A DNA stretch of 63,999 nt, filler included, from Octopus bimaculoides (lineage: Eukaryota), in the NCBI RefSeq assembly GCF_001194135.2. It is 6 parts of 4 records of this genome, joined end to end, with 100 filler letters (N's around TTAATTAATTAA, not from the genome) between each part and the next. Parts side by side here need not be neighbours in the genome. Positions count along the whole stretch, not along the records: positions 36,209 to 51,248 come from NC_068981.1; 5 more parts are not named here. One strand, 5' to 3'. Below the pieces are notes generated by a model. The model was not told the DNA's origin, did no database searches, and saw nothing but the letters and a program-made list of their open reading frames with translations. Made by a program: the position numbers and the translations under genes. Each line of letters starts with the position of its first letter. Position 1 is the stretch's first letter. Shown here piece after piece: positions 37,074 through 49,085 of the stretch.

Positions 37074-39095
37074 ACTTTCAGCGCACCCACCCCCACTACT
37101 AACTTGGTCGCCCAGATAGCGGAAGCTATCGACTACCTCTAGTTTTTCACCCTGGAATGAGATAGAAGTTGTTTCCTGTTTGTTTGCAGTCTTTATTGCA
37201 CCTGAACATCTGCCACAAACAAAAACTAACTTGCTAGTTAACCTGCCTTTGATGTTGCTGCACCTCTTATGTGTCCATAGCTTGCACCGGGTACATCTTA
37301 TGGAGTTTCTACCTACGCCTTTTCTACAGATCGAGCAGGATAATCTACCTGAAGGGATTTGTGATTCATCTGCTTTCCTACTTATTAAGACTTTGGTTTT
37401 AGCTAAGTTGTCTCTAAGGCCCTTCGATTCTAATCCTTGCTTCCACACCTGAAAATTTTCCTCTAGTTCTGATAGTGACTAAGCAATTAGCGCAAGGTCA
37501 TCAGCATACAGGAGGTCCCAGGGGCATCCTGTCTTGAATTCCTCTGTTATTGCCTGGAGGACTATGATGAATAAGAGGGGGTTGAGGACTGAACCTTGGT
37601 GGACCCCTACCTCTACCTGGAATTCTTCACTGTACTCGTTGCCAACTCTCACCCTACTGACAGCGTCCTTGTATATGGCTCGCACAGCTCTCACTAACCA
37701 TTCATCTATCCCTAGTTTCCTCATTGACCACTATATAAGGGATAGGGGGACCCTGTCAAAGGCTTTCTCCATGTCAACGAAAGCCAGGTACAGAGGTTTA
37801 TCTTTGGCTTGGTATTTCTCCTGCAACTGTCTTATCAGAAATATAGCATCAGTGGTGCTTTTCCCTGGCACGAACCCAAACTGCATCTCTCTAGACTGAC
37901 TCTCTCCCTAATTAGTTGGGCTATGACCTTCATTACCTGATCTAACAACTTAATACCTCTGTAATTATTTGTATTTAAAGCGTCACCTTTATCTTTGTAG
38001 CAATTGACTATGGTGCTGCTACACCAGTCAATGGGTATGACTCCTTTGTGTATCACCTGATTAACTATATGGGTGACTAGGCAATAGCAAACACTGCCAG
38101 ATATTTTGAGCATCTCTACAGTGATTCCTGGCGGGCAGGGGGCATTCCCTGTCTTCATACCCTTAATTTCTTTATCTACCAAGGTACTGTCAATTCGGAT
38201 AGCTGGTCCCTCTGTTGGGTCGACATTCGGCAGACTCTCTTCCTCCCATTCAGTAATATGTCTCTAAATCTCTGTCCATTCGCAGGATCTTTAAGTGTCC
38301 TTCTCCTCCAAGCTGGTTGTCTTCTGGGCATCCATTTAGCCCTGATCCTGAAGCCACTAACTACTAGCTTGGGAAGGTTTTGGCATTTATAAGCAGCCAT
38401 CTTTCCTTTTCTGGCGAGGATGTAATCAATTTGGCTAGTGTATCTACCAGATCGGTAGGTGACTAGGCGACTGGCAGGTTTCCTGAAGTTAGAATTGCAA
38501 ACCATAAGATCATTTGCATCACAGAACTCCAGCAGCTTGGTTCCCTCCTGATTGCAGGAGCCAAAACCCACAGCCACCATATATGCCATGGAACCCCGTA
38601 ACATCTTGTCCAACATGTCCATTGAAGTCACCAGCCACAAAGAAAAGGTCCCTATCATTCGTCAATGAGGTAGTCTGCAAGAGGGTGTCATAAAATCGGT
38701 CTTTCTGTCCATCAGGTAGCCCCAGCCTAGGAGCATAGGCCGAGATAATGGTTGCTAACCTATGATGTAGTACTAATCTAATCTTAAGTATTCTATCGCA
38801 TACTCTGACTACCTCAATTACCTTATCAACCCATTTCTCCACAAGAAGTATACCCACGTCCCGACCACGTCAGTGTTCCCTGCCCAGAAAACCTTGTGCC
38901 TATGTTCTTTGCCTGTGAGGAACCTAGCGGAGCCTCCTCTCCAGCACAAATCTACACGTCTCCTTTCAAGCATCTCAACAACATCACCAAACCTACCTTT
39001 CAGTGTACCCATGTTGAGTGTGCCAACCCTGAGGGTGAGGGAGGTGTGGACCCATGAGACCCTGGAATGGAGGACAGCAGTGTCATGTACCTGAA
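37074..39095 (-). mobile_element. Decayed RTE-clade LINE (APE endonuclease + RT + PHD-like finger); internal deletion, 3' end truncated
   Basis: APE motifs LRVGTLNMGTLKGR, ISAYAP, VAGDFNGHVG and SQIDYIL. RT motifs NYRGIKLL, GVHQGSVLNPLLF and LLYADDLALIA. Cys-rich segment CSICRKGVGRNSIRCTRCKLWTHKRCS...VCGRC. Confidence 0.93.
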
Positions 39096-39213
39096 AAGAA
39101 AGCTCGCATTTGGCAGAATTCAACAACAATAGCCTTCAACCTGCATACACTACGCCATCATTTTTATGCACTATCACTACTTTACATAGGAGATAAACCC
39201 TATATATATATAC

Positions 39214-39256
<43 letters not shown>

Positions 39257-40103
39257 TGTGTGTATACTATAGCCTCAGACCAACCAAAGCCTTGTGAGTG
39301 GATTTTGTACACAGAAACTGAAAGAAGACTGTCGTATATATGTGTATATTTGTGGGTGTGTGTGTGTGTGTATCTGTGTTTGTATCTGCACTATTGATTG
39401 AGAACTGGTGTTGCTGTGTTTATGTCCCTGTAACTTAGCGGTTTGGCAAAAGACACTAATAGAATAAGTACTAGGCTTACAAAGAATAAATCCTGGGATT
39501 GATTTGTTCCACTAATGGCAGTGCTCCAACATGGCCACAGTTACATGACTGAAACAAGTAAAATAATAAAAAATTATACCATTTTAATCACGAACAACAC
39601 CGGGTATTTCTGCTAGTATGTAACAAAGTGCAAAAATTATTTTTAGGTTCTTTTTTTTAGGGAGTGGGGTGACAGTAAGTGTTATTTCCTATTTGCTTTT
39701 ATCTACGAATCAAAGGAAATGACTAATATTCCTTTGAACCTTTATTTTTGTGACCTGGATACCAATGTTTTGAAACTGACTTCTTTTCCATTACACTTCA
39801 GACAGATTCAGTGCTGAGTTGCTGAAGAAGAAATATCATTATACACAGATTTGCTTGTCAGTTGTTTGACCTTAACCACTTGAGCATATCAGTTAGTGAC
39901 TGTCAATATGTGCATCTCTGATCATGTGCAGGAGTAGTGGGGGAAGCATCATAGCTATGTGTTGAGAGAGATTCTTTGAGGTTTGAATAAATGTAACAGA
40001 AACAAAGTTTGAAGGAAATATTAACCAGTTTTCACACTTTATAGGGATAAGAAAATAGGAAATACCAGTTGCTATCCAAGGACAAAAATTGTATTACAGA
40101 GTG

Positions 40104-40391
40104 TTATCTATACATTGTTGCTGTCATATATTTATTTTGGGATGTGAATGCAGCGTTTGCTTTTAGAGAGGTCAACATGCTGAGCATTGAATCTAATTCA
40201 ACACGATACTTTTCAATATCTGCGTTTTTGCTTTCAGCCACTTTCTTCCATTTCTCCACTTCCCTCTCCAACTCAGAGAATGGTAAACAGCTGCCTTTCT
40301 TCATCACACTCAGCATTTCTTTCTCACGAGCATCCTGTTTCTTTTCTAGTTCTTGTATTTTCTCAACAAGACTCTGGAAATGCTGCCTTTC
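40104..40391 (-). CDS. CEP162: Centrosomal protein CEP162 (QN1/KIAA1009), terminal coding exon
   Basis: catatAG|ERQHFQSLVEKIQELEKKQDAREKEM...EREVEKWKKVAESKNADIEKYRVELDSMLSML...MYR*. This matches the vertebrate CEP162 C-terminus as I recall it (EMKHF..LEKKIK.ME...EVEKWK.LA..KN.ELEKFR.ELDSILDVL). Confidence 0.85.
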   Translation of the reverse strand, partial: ERQHFQSLVEKIQELEKKQDAREKEMLSVMKKGSCLPFSELEREVEKWKKVAESKNADIEKYRVELDSMLSMLTSLKANAAFTSQNKYMTATMYR

Positions 40392-40454
40392 CTATATGAA
40401 TTTTAAAGGAAGAAAAATAGAAGAAAAACAAAAATTAATAAAATTGCAATTTTG

Positions 40455-40955
40455 AAATGCATCATCAGTAGAATGATAATGATGAAGATGATAACAGTGG
40501 TGATGNNNNNNNNNNGGTGGTGGGGAGTGGTAGGGGTGGTGGGGAGTGGTAGGGGTGGTGGTAGGGGTGGTGGCAGTGGCAGTGTTAATGATGATGATTA
40601 TTATTATTATCGTACTGATAACAATTGTAGTAATAAGGGTAATGTTTGTGATCATGATGGTGAAGATGACGCACCTCCTATAACCAATGTGGGTAGTGAT
40701 GGTGGTGGTGGTGGTGTTTATCACCATGATGCTGCTACTGACAGTGACAATAAACACATGATGACTATGATAATGGTGGTGTTGGCAACAGCTGTGATAA
40801 CGGTGGTGGTGCCGGCAGCAGTGAGTGATGGCAGCAGCAGTGAATGGTGGTGGCGGCGGTGACAATGGTGGTGGTGGTGGTGTTGGTGGTGGTTATGAGC
40901 ACTGCTGGTGATGAATGATAATGATGGTGGTGATGGAGATGATGTTGATGAGTGA
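40455..40955. repeat. GGT/GAT low-complexity tract
   Basis: Direct reading. It lies just upstream of the last CEP162 acceptor. A similar tract is at 29180-29345. Confidence 0.85.
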
Positions 40956-42744
40956 CAGCAAAAAAAAAAACAATTATTATCTTTAAACTAGCATCAGTAA
41001 TGGCAACCAGCTATAAAAACACTGATTCCACTTATACCTTCTTTGATATACAAACTGTTTTTGTTATAATACAGTTACTCAAGTGACAAGCAGGATGAGG
41101 GTACAGAGCTATGGCTGATATCACCACAGTAAATCATACACATCCAAGTATATGCAGGCACCCACTAAAACAATGGACATATCTTTTATCTTTTATCTTT
41201 TACTTGTTTCAACCATTTGACTGCGGGCCATGCTGGGGCACCACCTTGAAGGGTTTTAATAGAACAAATCAACCCCAGGACTTACTTATTATTTTTAGGC
41301 CTACTACCTATTCTATCAGTCCCTTTTACTGAACCACTAAGTTACAGGGACGAAAACACACCAGGACTAGTTGTCAAGTGATGATGGAAAACAAACACAG
41401 ACACAAAGACACACACAAAAACAGATGTATACATATATATATATATATATATANNNNNNNNNNNNNNNNNNNNNNNNNNNNNNNNNNNNNNNNNNNNNNN
41501 NNNNNNNNNNNNNNNNNNNNNNNNNNNNNNNNNNNNNNNNNNNNNNNNNNNNNNNNNNNNNNNNNNNNNNNNNNNNNNNNNNNNNNNNNNNNNNNNNNNN
41601 NNNNNNNNNNNNNNNNNNNNNNNNNNNNNNNNNNNNNNNNNNNNNNNNNNNNNNNNNNNNNNNNNNNNNNNNNATATATAATAATAATAATAATAATAAT
41701 ATTAGGGACAAAATCCAAAATTACAGGTAAAAAACTCAATTAAAATCAATTTATAAAAAATTAAAATTAAATTGAGCCTTATAGATGAGTTCTTGAAAAT
41801 TGGTTATTTTCCCTAAAACTATATATTTTATATATATATATATATATATACATATATATACGACGGGCTTCTTTCAGTTTCTGTCTACAAAATCCACTCA
41901 CAAGGCTTTGCTCGGCCTGAGGCTGTAGTAGAAAACACTTGCCCAAGGTCCATGCAGTGTGACTGAACCCAGAACCATATAGTTTGGAAGCAAGCTCCTT
42001 ACCACACAGCCACAGCTGCAACAACAGATTTTAACTGAATCAATGAGAATTACATGAAAGAGAATGTTTTCCTTACATTCATTGTCACGTGGCTGAGACA
42101 ATTCTTGTCACAAACAAAGTTGCTTACTTCACTGCTGGAGCAATTATTTTACTGCTAGAATGCCATCTAATTGTTAACAGTTTAAATGAGAAGTAATAGA
42201 GTCTGGTGGGAGTAGGGGCTGTTTACAGCTTTGTGGGCTGAGGCAAGCAGAATGATAATGTACCTAATACAGAGAGAACTTCTATGCAGTTGGTTTATCC
42301 TGCGATAAATAGCAGCCAAATTTCCCTCAAGCAACACGCTACGGAATAATATAATTCTTGATACATTAAACTGGGAAACAGATGGGATGGTCATGGCTGG
42401 AATGTCTTTGATCAAGGATGACTTGGAACTAAACGACAACAACTACACAACACTAATTGAACTGTTGGAGTTTTCTTTGAGCTCACACATCCATCATGGT
42501 TATTGTTTACAAATGCCTGACATATAAAGTAAAATGAAAAACAAAGACAAAAACTAGAGAAATGAGATTTTATGATTAAATCTGATGGCACAAGTGTGGC
42601 TGTGTGGTTAAGAGGTTTACTTCACACAGCCACATGATGTCAGGGTTCAGTCCCACTGCACAGCACCTTGGACAAATTCTTCAGCTAATCTAATGCCTTG
42701 TAAGTGAATTTGGAAGAAAGAAACTGTATGGAAACCAAACGTGT

Positions 42745-42779
<35 letters not shown>

Positions 42780-42781
42780 AT

Positions 42782-42816
<35 letters not shown>

Positions 42817-42887
42817 AATATATAAATATATATATATATATATATAAATATATNNNNNNNNNNNNNNNNNNNNNNNNNNNNNNNNNN

Positions 42888-43787
42888 TATAAGGTCTGAT
42901 CTATGAGTATCCGGACTGTTGCCATAGGAATGAAGCTAAAGCATGCAGAGTGAAGCCACTTGGCACAGATTAACCTTGAACTCTGTTGTGCATGCGCACT
43001 AAGTTTTAACATTTTAGCTCAGTTCCACTGTTTACAGCAGTACCCGGAAGGAAGGTATGTAGCGTGTGATCATTGCATTGGCCATGACAGAGGAAATTGT
43101 TATGGCAGTACCGACTCAGAGGCCTATGCAAGGCTGCAGAAAGTGTATGGAGAGGAGTGTATGAGCCACACACAAGTGTATGAGTGGTTCAGACATTTCC
43201 AAGATGGCCAAAAATATGTCAATATTGATGAACGTTCTGAGAGACACACAACCAGCAGAACTGAGAAAAAATCCCAGATGTGCATGCAGCTGAGAGGGGG
43301 AAATCATTGAATCACCATCCGTGAGTTATCAGAGAGTGTGCAGATTAGTTACGATTCAGTTCAGTCCATTATCACTGAAGATTTGAGTATGAGGCGCATG
43401 TCTGCCAAGTTTGTGTGAAAACTGCTTTCAGCTGACCAAAAAGACACTCGGGTTTCACTTGCACAAGATCTCCTTGATTGTGTCAATAATGATGGAAACC
43501 TTTTGAAAACTTTGCTTAGGCCTCTAAGCAGGGATTGCCAAGCTTTTGGCAAAATTGAATGCAGATTCTCTGCTCAACTTTCTCTGTTGTGATCAATGCA
43601 ATGATCACATGCTTACACACCTTCCTTCCAAGCACTGCTGTAAATGACAGAAGTGAGCTAAAATGTTAAAACTTAGTGCACATGCACAGCAGAGTTAAAG
43701 GTCAATCTGTGCCAAGCAGCTTCACTCTGCATGCATTAGCTTCATTACTATGGTAACAGTCCAGATACTTATTGATCAGACCACGTA
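42888..43787 (+). mobile_element. Internally deleted mariner element with ~190-bp TIRs
   Basis: Left end TATAAGGTCTGATCTATGAGTATCCGGACTGTTGCC... and right end ...AACAGTCCAGATACTTATTGATCAGACCACGTA, both TA-flanked. HTH coding relic EAYARLQKVYGEECMSHTQVYEWFRHFQDG; catalytic domain mostly absent. Confidence 0.9.
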
Positions 43788-43813
43788 TATATATATGTAT
43801 ATATATATAATAA

Positions 43814-44272
43814 GTGTGCGTGGCTTACTGATTAGTGTATTCAATCCATGACTGTAAGGTCATGAGTTCAATTCCCGGCAAAGTATTGTGTCCTTGAGCA
43901 AGACACTTTATTTCCCATTGCTCAAGTCCACTCAGCAAGCAAAAATGAGTAGCACTTGTATTTCAAAAGACCAGCCTTGTCATGCTCTGTGTCAAGCTGA
44001 ATCTCCTTGAGAACTATGTTAAGGGTACACTTGCACATTGATTTCACAAGTAGGCCGTTCCATTGATATATATAATTGGCACTCTGTTAGATCTGACGAT
44101 GAGGATTCCAGTTGATCCAATCAATGGAACAGCCTGCTTGTGAAATTAATGTGCAAGTGGCTGAGCACTCCACAAACACATGTACCCTTAACGCAGTTCT
44201 CAAGGAGATTCAGTGTGACACAGAGTGTGACAAGGCTGGCCTTTTGAAATACAGGTACTACTCATTTTACCA
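43814..44272. mobile_element. Two family-A SINEs in tail-to-tail inverted orientation
   Basis: A + copy at ~43814-44075 is followed immediately by a - copy at ~44078-44272. Confidence 0.85.
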
Positions 44273-45031
44273 TTATATACGTGTATATGTATGCATACAT
44301 ACATTATATATATATATACACACACACACATAAATGTTGAACAATGAGAGTGAGTACTCAACACCGCAATGGTGGATAAAATTTCTTTATTTGTGTATTA
44401 AAGCTACCATTGGTTTCATGTTAAGAAAAATATTTTAATATCTTAACAATTTTTCAAGCTGATCACATGGAGGAATGATGTTCATGGGTGTCTTTGTCTC
44501 TGCATATGTGTGCCCCACCCCACTACTTGACAACAGGTGTTGGTTTGTTTGCATCCCTGTAACTTAGCAGTTTGGCCACAGTGATTGATTAAATAAGTAC
44601 AAGACTTAGGAATAAGTATTGAGGTCAATTTGTTCAACCAAAATCCTCCAAAACAGTACCCCAGCATGGCCACAATCCAATGACTAAAACAAGTAAAAGA
44701 TAAACAAAAAAGATAAAAAATTTGAAATTATCACTCCTTTGGCCATTATACCATGTTAAGGCAGCGAGCTGGCAGAAACGTTAGCACAATGGGCAAAATG
44801 CTTAGCAGTATTTCGTCTGTCTTTACATTCTGATTTCAAATTCCACCGAGGTTGACTTTGCCTTTCATCCTTTCGGGGTCGATAAATTAAGTACCAGTTG
44901 CATATTGGGTTTGATCTAATTGATTGCCCCCACCCAACTCCACAAAAATTTCAGGCCTTGTGCCTAGAGTAGAAAAGATTATTCCATGTTCAGCAACCTT
45001 AACTTTGAAGTCATTAATAAGCTAAACTTAC

Positions 45032-45181
45032 TGGAGAATGTGTTCTTTTTGCTTCAGCTAATTCATCCTGTAACTGCTGTATGTGAGCCTCTAATACGAC
45101 TTCACGTACTTTAAGTTCAGACAACTTTTCAGCATCCACCTGAGCATTTGCAAGTTGTTCTTGAAGATGGTCTATTAACAC
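45032..45181 (-). CDS. CEP162: CEP162 penultimate coding exon
   Basis: tttacAG|VLIDHLQEQLANAQVDAEKLSELKVREVVLEAHIQQLQDELAEAKRTHSP|GTaagt. It is 150 nt, phase 0-0, and joins to HSP|ERQHF (cf. HTPEMKHF). Confidence 0.87.
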
Positions 45182-45988
45182 CTGTAAATTTAGATATGTA
45201 AATTGCTTAAAAGAACAAAAATGAAACATAAACAAATAAAGGCTAAATGATAGTACACAGACATCACATGACATTAAAAGCAACAGTTTATATATAGTTT
45301 TAATTATTTGTTATATTATATTATATTATATCATATTATATTATATCTTTTTATAGTAAAATTATATTATATTATAATTTAAATAAATTTTTAATATGTC
45401 AATTGTATTTCTCTATTTCCTTTAATATATATNNNNNNNNNNNNNNNNNNNNNNNNNNNNNNNNNNNNNNNNNNNTATATATATATATATATATATATAT
45501 ATGTGCAGCTCTCCAGCTTGCCAGTTCCTGTCAAACTGTCCAACCCATGCTAGCACGGAAGACAGATGTTAAAAGATGAAGATAATGATGATGATATTGT
45601 CCAATCACATCATATATTCAGTCATATCAGCATTGTTATCTCTTCAATACCTCTGGCAAAGAAGCCTCTACATAGTCAATCTACTCGAAAAGGTATCAAA
45701 ATCTTATCATATTGAAAAGGAAAGCACACATTGAATAATGCAGCCCTAGACATGCGATGGCCAAGAGAAGGATAAGATGATCATAGCTGGAATGCCTTTG
45801 ATCAAATGTCTGCTCATACAGGTTGGACCTAAGGCTAAATAACAACACAACACCCTTGTGTTCCAGCTTTCTTGTAAATTAATGTCATTTGTTCAATAGA
45901 TTTCCTTGAGCCAGTCATTTCGAATCGCAACAAATTATCTGAATAACAACCAACAAATGAAGAATTTTTCTAAGTTGTATACAATTAC

Positions 45989-46105
45989 CTGCTGGGCGTC
46001 AACTTTACACTGAAGTTGCACAGAAGAGCTGGTGGAATTCTTCAAAGCTTGTTCTGTTAGAATTTTGTGAAGTTCTTTCTGGTGAGAAATTCTCAAAGTG
46101 TTGAT
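45989..46105 (-). CDS. CEP162: CEP162 coding exon
   Basis: gtacAG|INTLRISHQKELHKILTEQALKNSTSSSVQLQCKVDAQQ|GTaatt. It is 117 nt, phase 0-0 (cf. the CEP162 ..QAL.HSSSKVAEL..K...QEVLI segment). Confidence 0.82.
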
Positions 46106-46357
46106 CTGTACAAAAGACAAAAAAAAAAGGCGTAATCAACAAATCAAACATACTCACACATACACACACATACACACACACACACTCTATCTCTCCCTCT
46201 TAATATATATGTATGTATGTTGAGCCTCACAGAGGGGATAACAAGTGACCCGACACTTCTGACAATTTGCTGTGCTTGAGAAGACACATCAAGCTAAGTA
46301 TAAGGGTGGCCAACCACACATACAAGCATGTCTTTTATGGCCATGCCACCACTACCT

Positions 46358-46416
<59 letters not shown>

Positions 46417-46710
46417 TTATTTGATCACTGTCAAAACTCCCTATCTTTCCAACACCTACTGCAGACCCTGCCCTCTCCTCCACTCTCATTCATGTCCCTA
46501 TCTGCACACTCTCTATGTCCTTTCATTCTTTCTATGTCCTTTCATTCTTTCTTGCCAGTCACTCCAATTTCTTTCATCACTTGCTACAGTCATATCTTCC
46601 TATCCCCTCACACTCTTATGGAACATGCACTTCTATGCTTTTTGTATAACTTATACCTACCTCGCCCCCACTATTCACTATGAGCAGGTCCCATTACATC
46701 TCCAATACCA

Positions 46711-46755
<45 letters not shown>

Positions 46756-46939
46756 GACTGTCTCCCTAGCTTTCTAACTCTCTTCCACCTTCCTTTTCTT
46801 TCATTGTCCTACTAGAGTAGCCAAGTATCTCCTCTACAGTAACACAACTATCCCTGTCCCTCTAACATACTCTAACCTCTCACCTAACACACACAGTCAA
46901 TTCTCTCGGTTCCATTCCCTCTCTCAATGAAGAGGTCTT

Positions 46940-47275
46940 TGTCATGCAAGTCATTTCGCAAACCCACTAGTGCTGATGCTACATAAAAAGTACCTGTGCC
47001 AGTGTCACATAAAAGGCATCAGTACTGGTGTGATATAAAGAGGCACTTGTGCTGGTGCCATGGAAAAAGCACCTGTGCCATTGTCAATGTAAAAAAGCAC
47101 CAGTACCTGTGTGACGTAAAAATGTACCACCCAGTACATTCTGTAAAGTGCAGCCATAGAAACCATGCCAAAACAGACACCTGGAGCCTGGTGCAGTTTT
47201 CTGACTTGCCAGCTCCTGTCAAACTGTTCAACCCATACTAGCATGGAAAATGGACGTTAAATGATGATTAATGAT
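46940..47275 (+). mobile_element. RTE LINE 3' UTR with tandem subrepeats and a (GAT)n tail
   Basis: The tail CAAACTGTTCAACCCATACTAGCATGGAAAATGGACGTTAAATGATGAT is shared with 33655-33725, 45505-45595 and 54770-54826. Confidence 0.7.
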
Positions 47276-47276
47276 G

Positions 47277-47333
<57 letters not shown>

Positions 47334-47335
<2 letters not shown>

Positions 47336-48368
47336 CAAGGGAGAGTCAAAAATTATATGCACTCTTATTTTTTCAGTGTATTTACACAAAAGCAGGGGAT
47401 AAACAAGTATGTCATTTTTCTATATAGTCTCCTTCCTTTTCGACGCACTTGGTTTAGGGGTCCACAAGCTTGTGTATTTCCTCCAAGAAGAAGGTTTTCA
47501 GTTTGTTGTGCAACCATTTATGCACCACCTCCTTCACATCTTCATCCATAGGAAATCGACAACCTCATAAACCATCTTTCAACAGTCCAAATATGTGATA
47601 GTCAGAAAGGGTGAGATCTGGGGTGTAGGCAGGGTGTTCCAACACCTCAAAACCCAATTGGTTAATGGTTTCAATGGTCATGTGTGGGTGTGCTCTGTCA
47701 TGAAACAACAAAACTTTCTTTGACAATAGGCTTCAGCGTTTGGTATGAATCGTTGGCTTCAGTTTGTTGACAAGCAAAGCCCTGTATCTTGCACTGTTGA
47801 TCGTACACCCCTTTCCAGTTAATCTTCCATTATAGGCCCTTTTGAGTCCCAAAAAAGGGTTAGCATCACCTTTCCTGCAGAAGACTGAGTCTTGAATTTC
47901 TTCATCACTGGCAAGCCAGGATATTTCCACTCCAAACTCTGCCTTTTGGATTCTGCTTCATAATGATGGAGCCACATTTCATCTACCGTGACAATTCTGC
48001 ACAAAAATTCCTCACCCTCATAGTTGTAGCGATCAAGTAAATGTTGACAGACCTCAAGACATTTGCACTTGTGCTCTACAGTAAGTTCTCTTGGCACCCA
48101 TCTTGCACAGACTTTATGGAAGTTGAGCTGATTGTGAATGATTTGACAAACAGAACCATGACTCTTTGTTTTATTTTGGTGCACACTGATAGTGGAGTGG
48201 CCATGCTTACACTGTAAAGCCAGAAAGAAAAATGGCACGATCAGGCTCAAACTTTGATCACATGACCACAATAGTACCAACTATAAGCAAACATGAGCAG
48301 AAGGTAGTGTGACAATGATAAAGATATGTTATGGTGAAAGTACAGAAAATTTTTTACTTCCCTTTGTA
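47334..48368 (-). mobile_element. Decayed mariner element with TIRs
   Basis: Ends TACAAGGGAGAGTCAAAAATT / AATTTTTTACTTCCCTTTGTA. Coding relic KVCARWVPRELT...RIVTVDEMWLHHYEAESKRQSLEW...AGKVMLTLFWDSKG. Confidence 0.9.
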
Positions 48369-49046
48369 TATATATTTTTTACTTTTTTCAGTCATTTGAC
48401 TGTAGCCATCCTGGGGCACTGCCTTGAAGGGGTTTTAGTTGAACAAATCAACCTCAGGACTTTTTTTTCAAGCGTAGATCTTATTCTATCAGTCTCTTTT
48501 GCTGAACTGCTCACTTATGGCAATGTAAGCACACCAACACCAATTGTCAAGCAGGGCTGTGTAGTTGGGAAGCAAGGTTCTTACCACACAGCCACATGGA
48601 AAGAGTTTTTTACCATGCCCTTGAGCTGACCAAATTGGTAGATGGAAACTGGAAGAAGCCTGTTGTGTGTGTGTGTGTGTGTGCGCGCGTGCATGTGTGT
48701 GTGTGTTTGTGTGTGTGCACGCGTGCATGCATGTGTGTGTGTGTGTGTGTGCATGTGTGCATGAGTGAGTGAGTGTCTTTGCTTGAGTCTGTTCCCCATC
48801 CACCTCTTGACAATAGTGTTGGTTTGTTCATGTTGCCATAACTTAATGGTTCAGCAAAAGATATTGATAGAATAAGTATTGGGATTTAAAAAATAAGTAC
48901 TGGTGTTGATCTGTTTGATTAAACCCTTCAAAGCAGTGCCCCAGCATGGCCACAGCTCAATGACTGAAACAAGTAAAAGACAATGGACAAAAAATATCCT
49001 CTCTCTCACTTCTCTCTTTCTTTCCCCGCTTTCTACCCCCTCCCTA

Positions 49047-49085
<39 letters not shown>

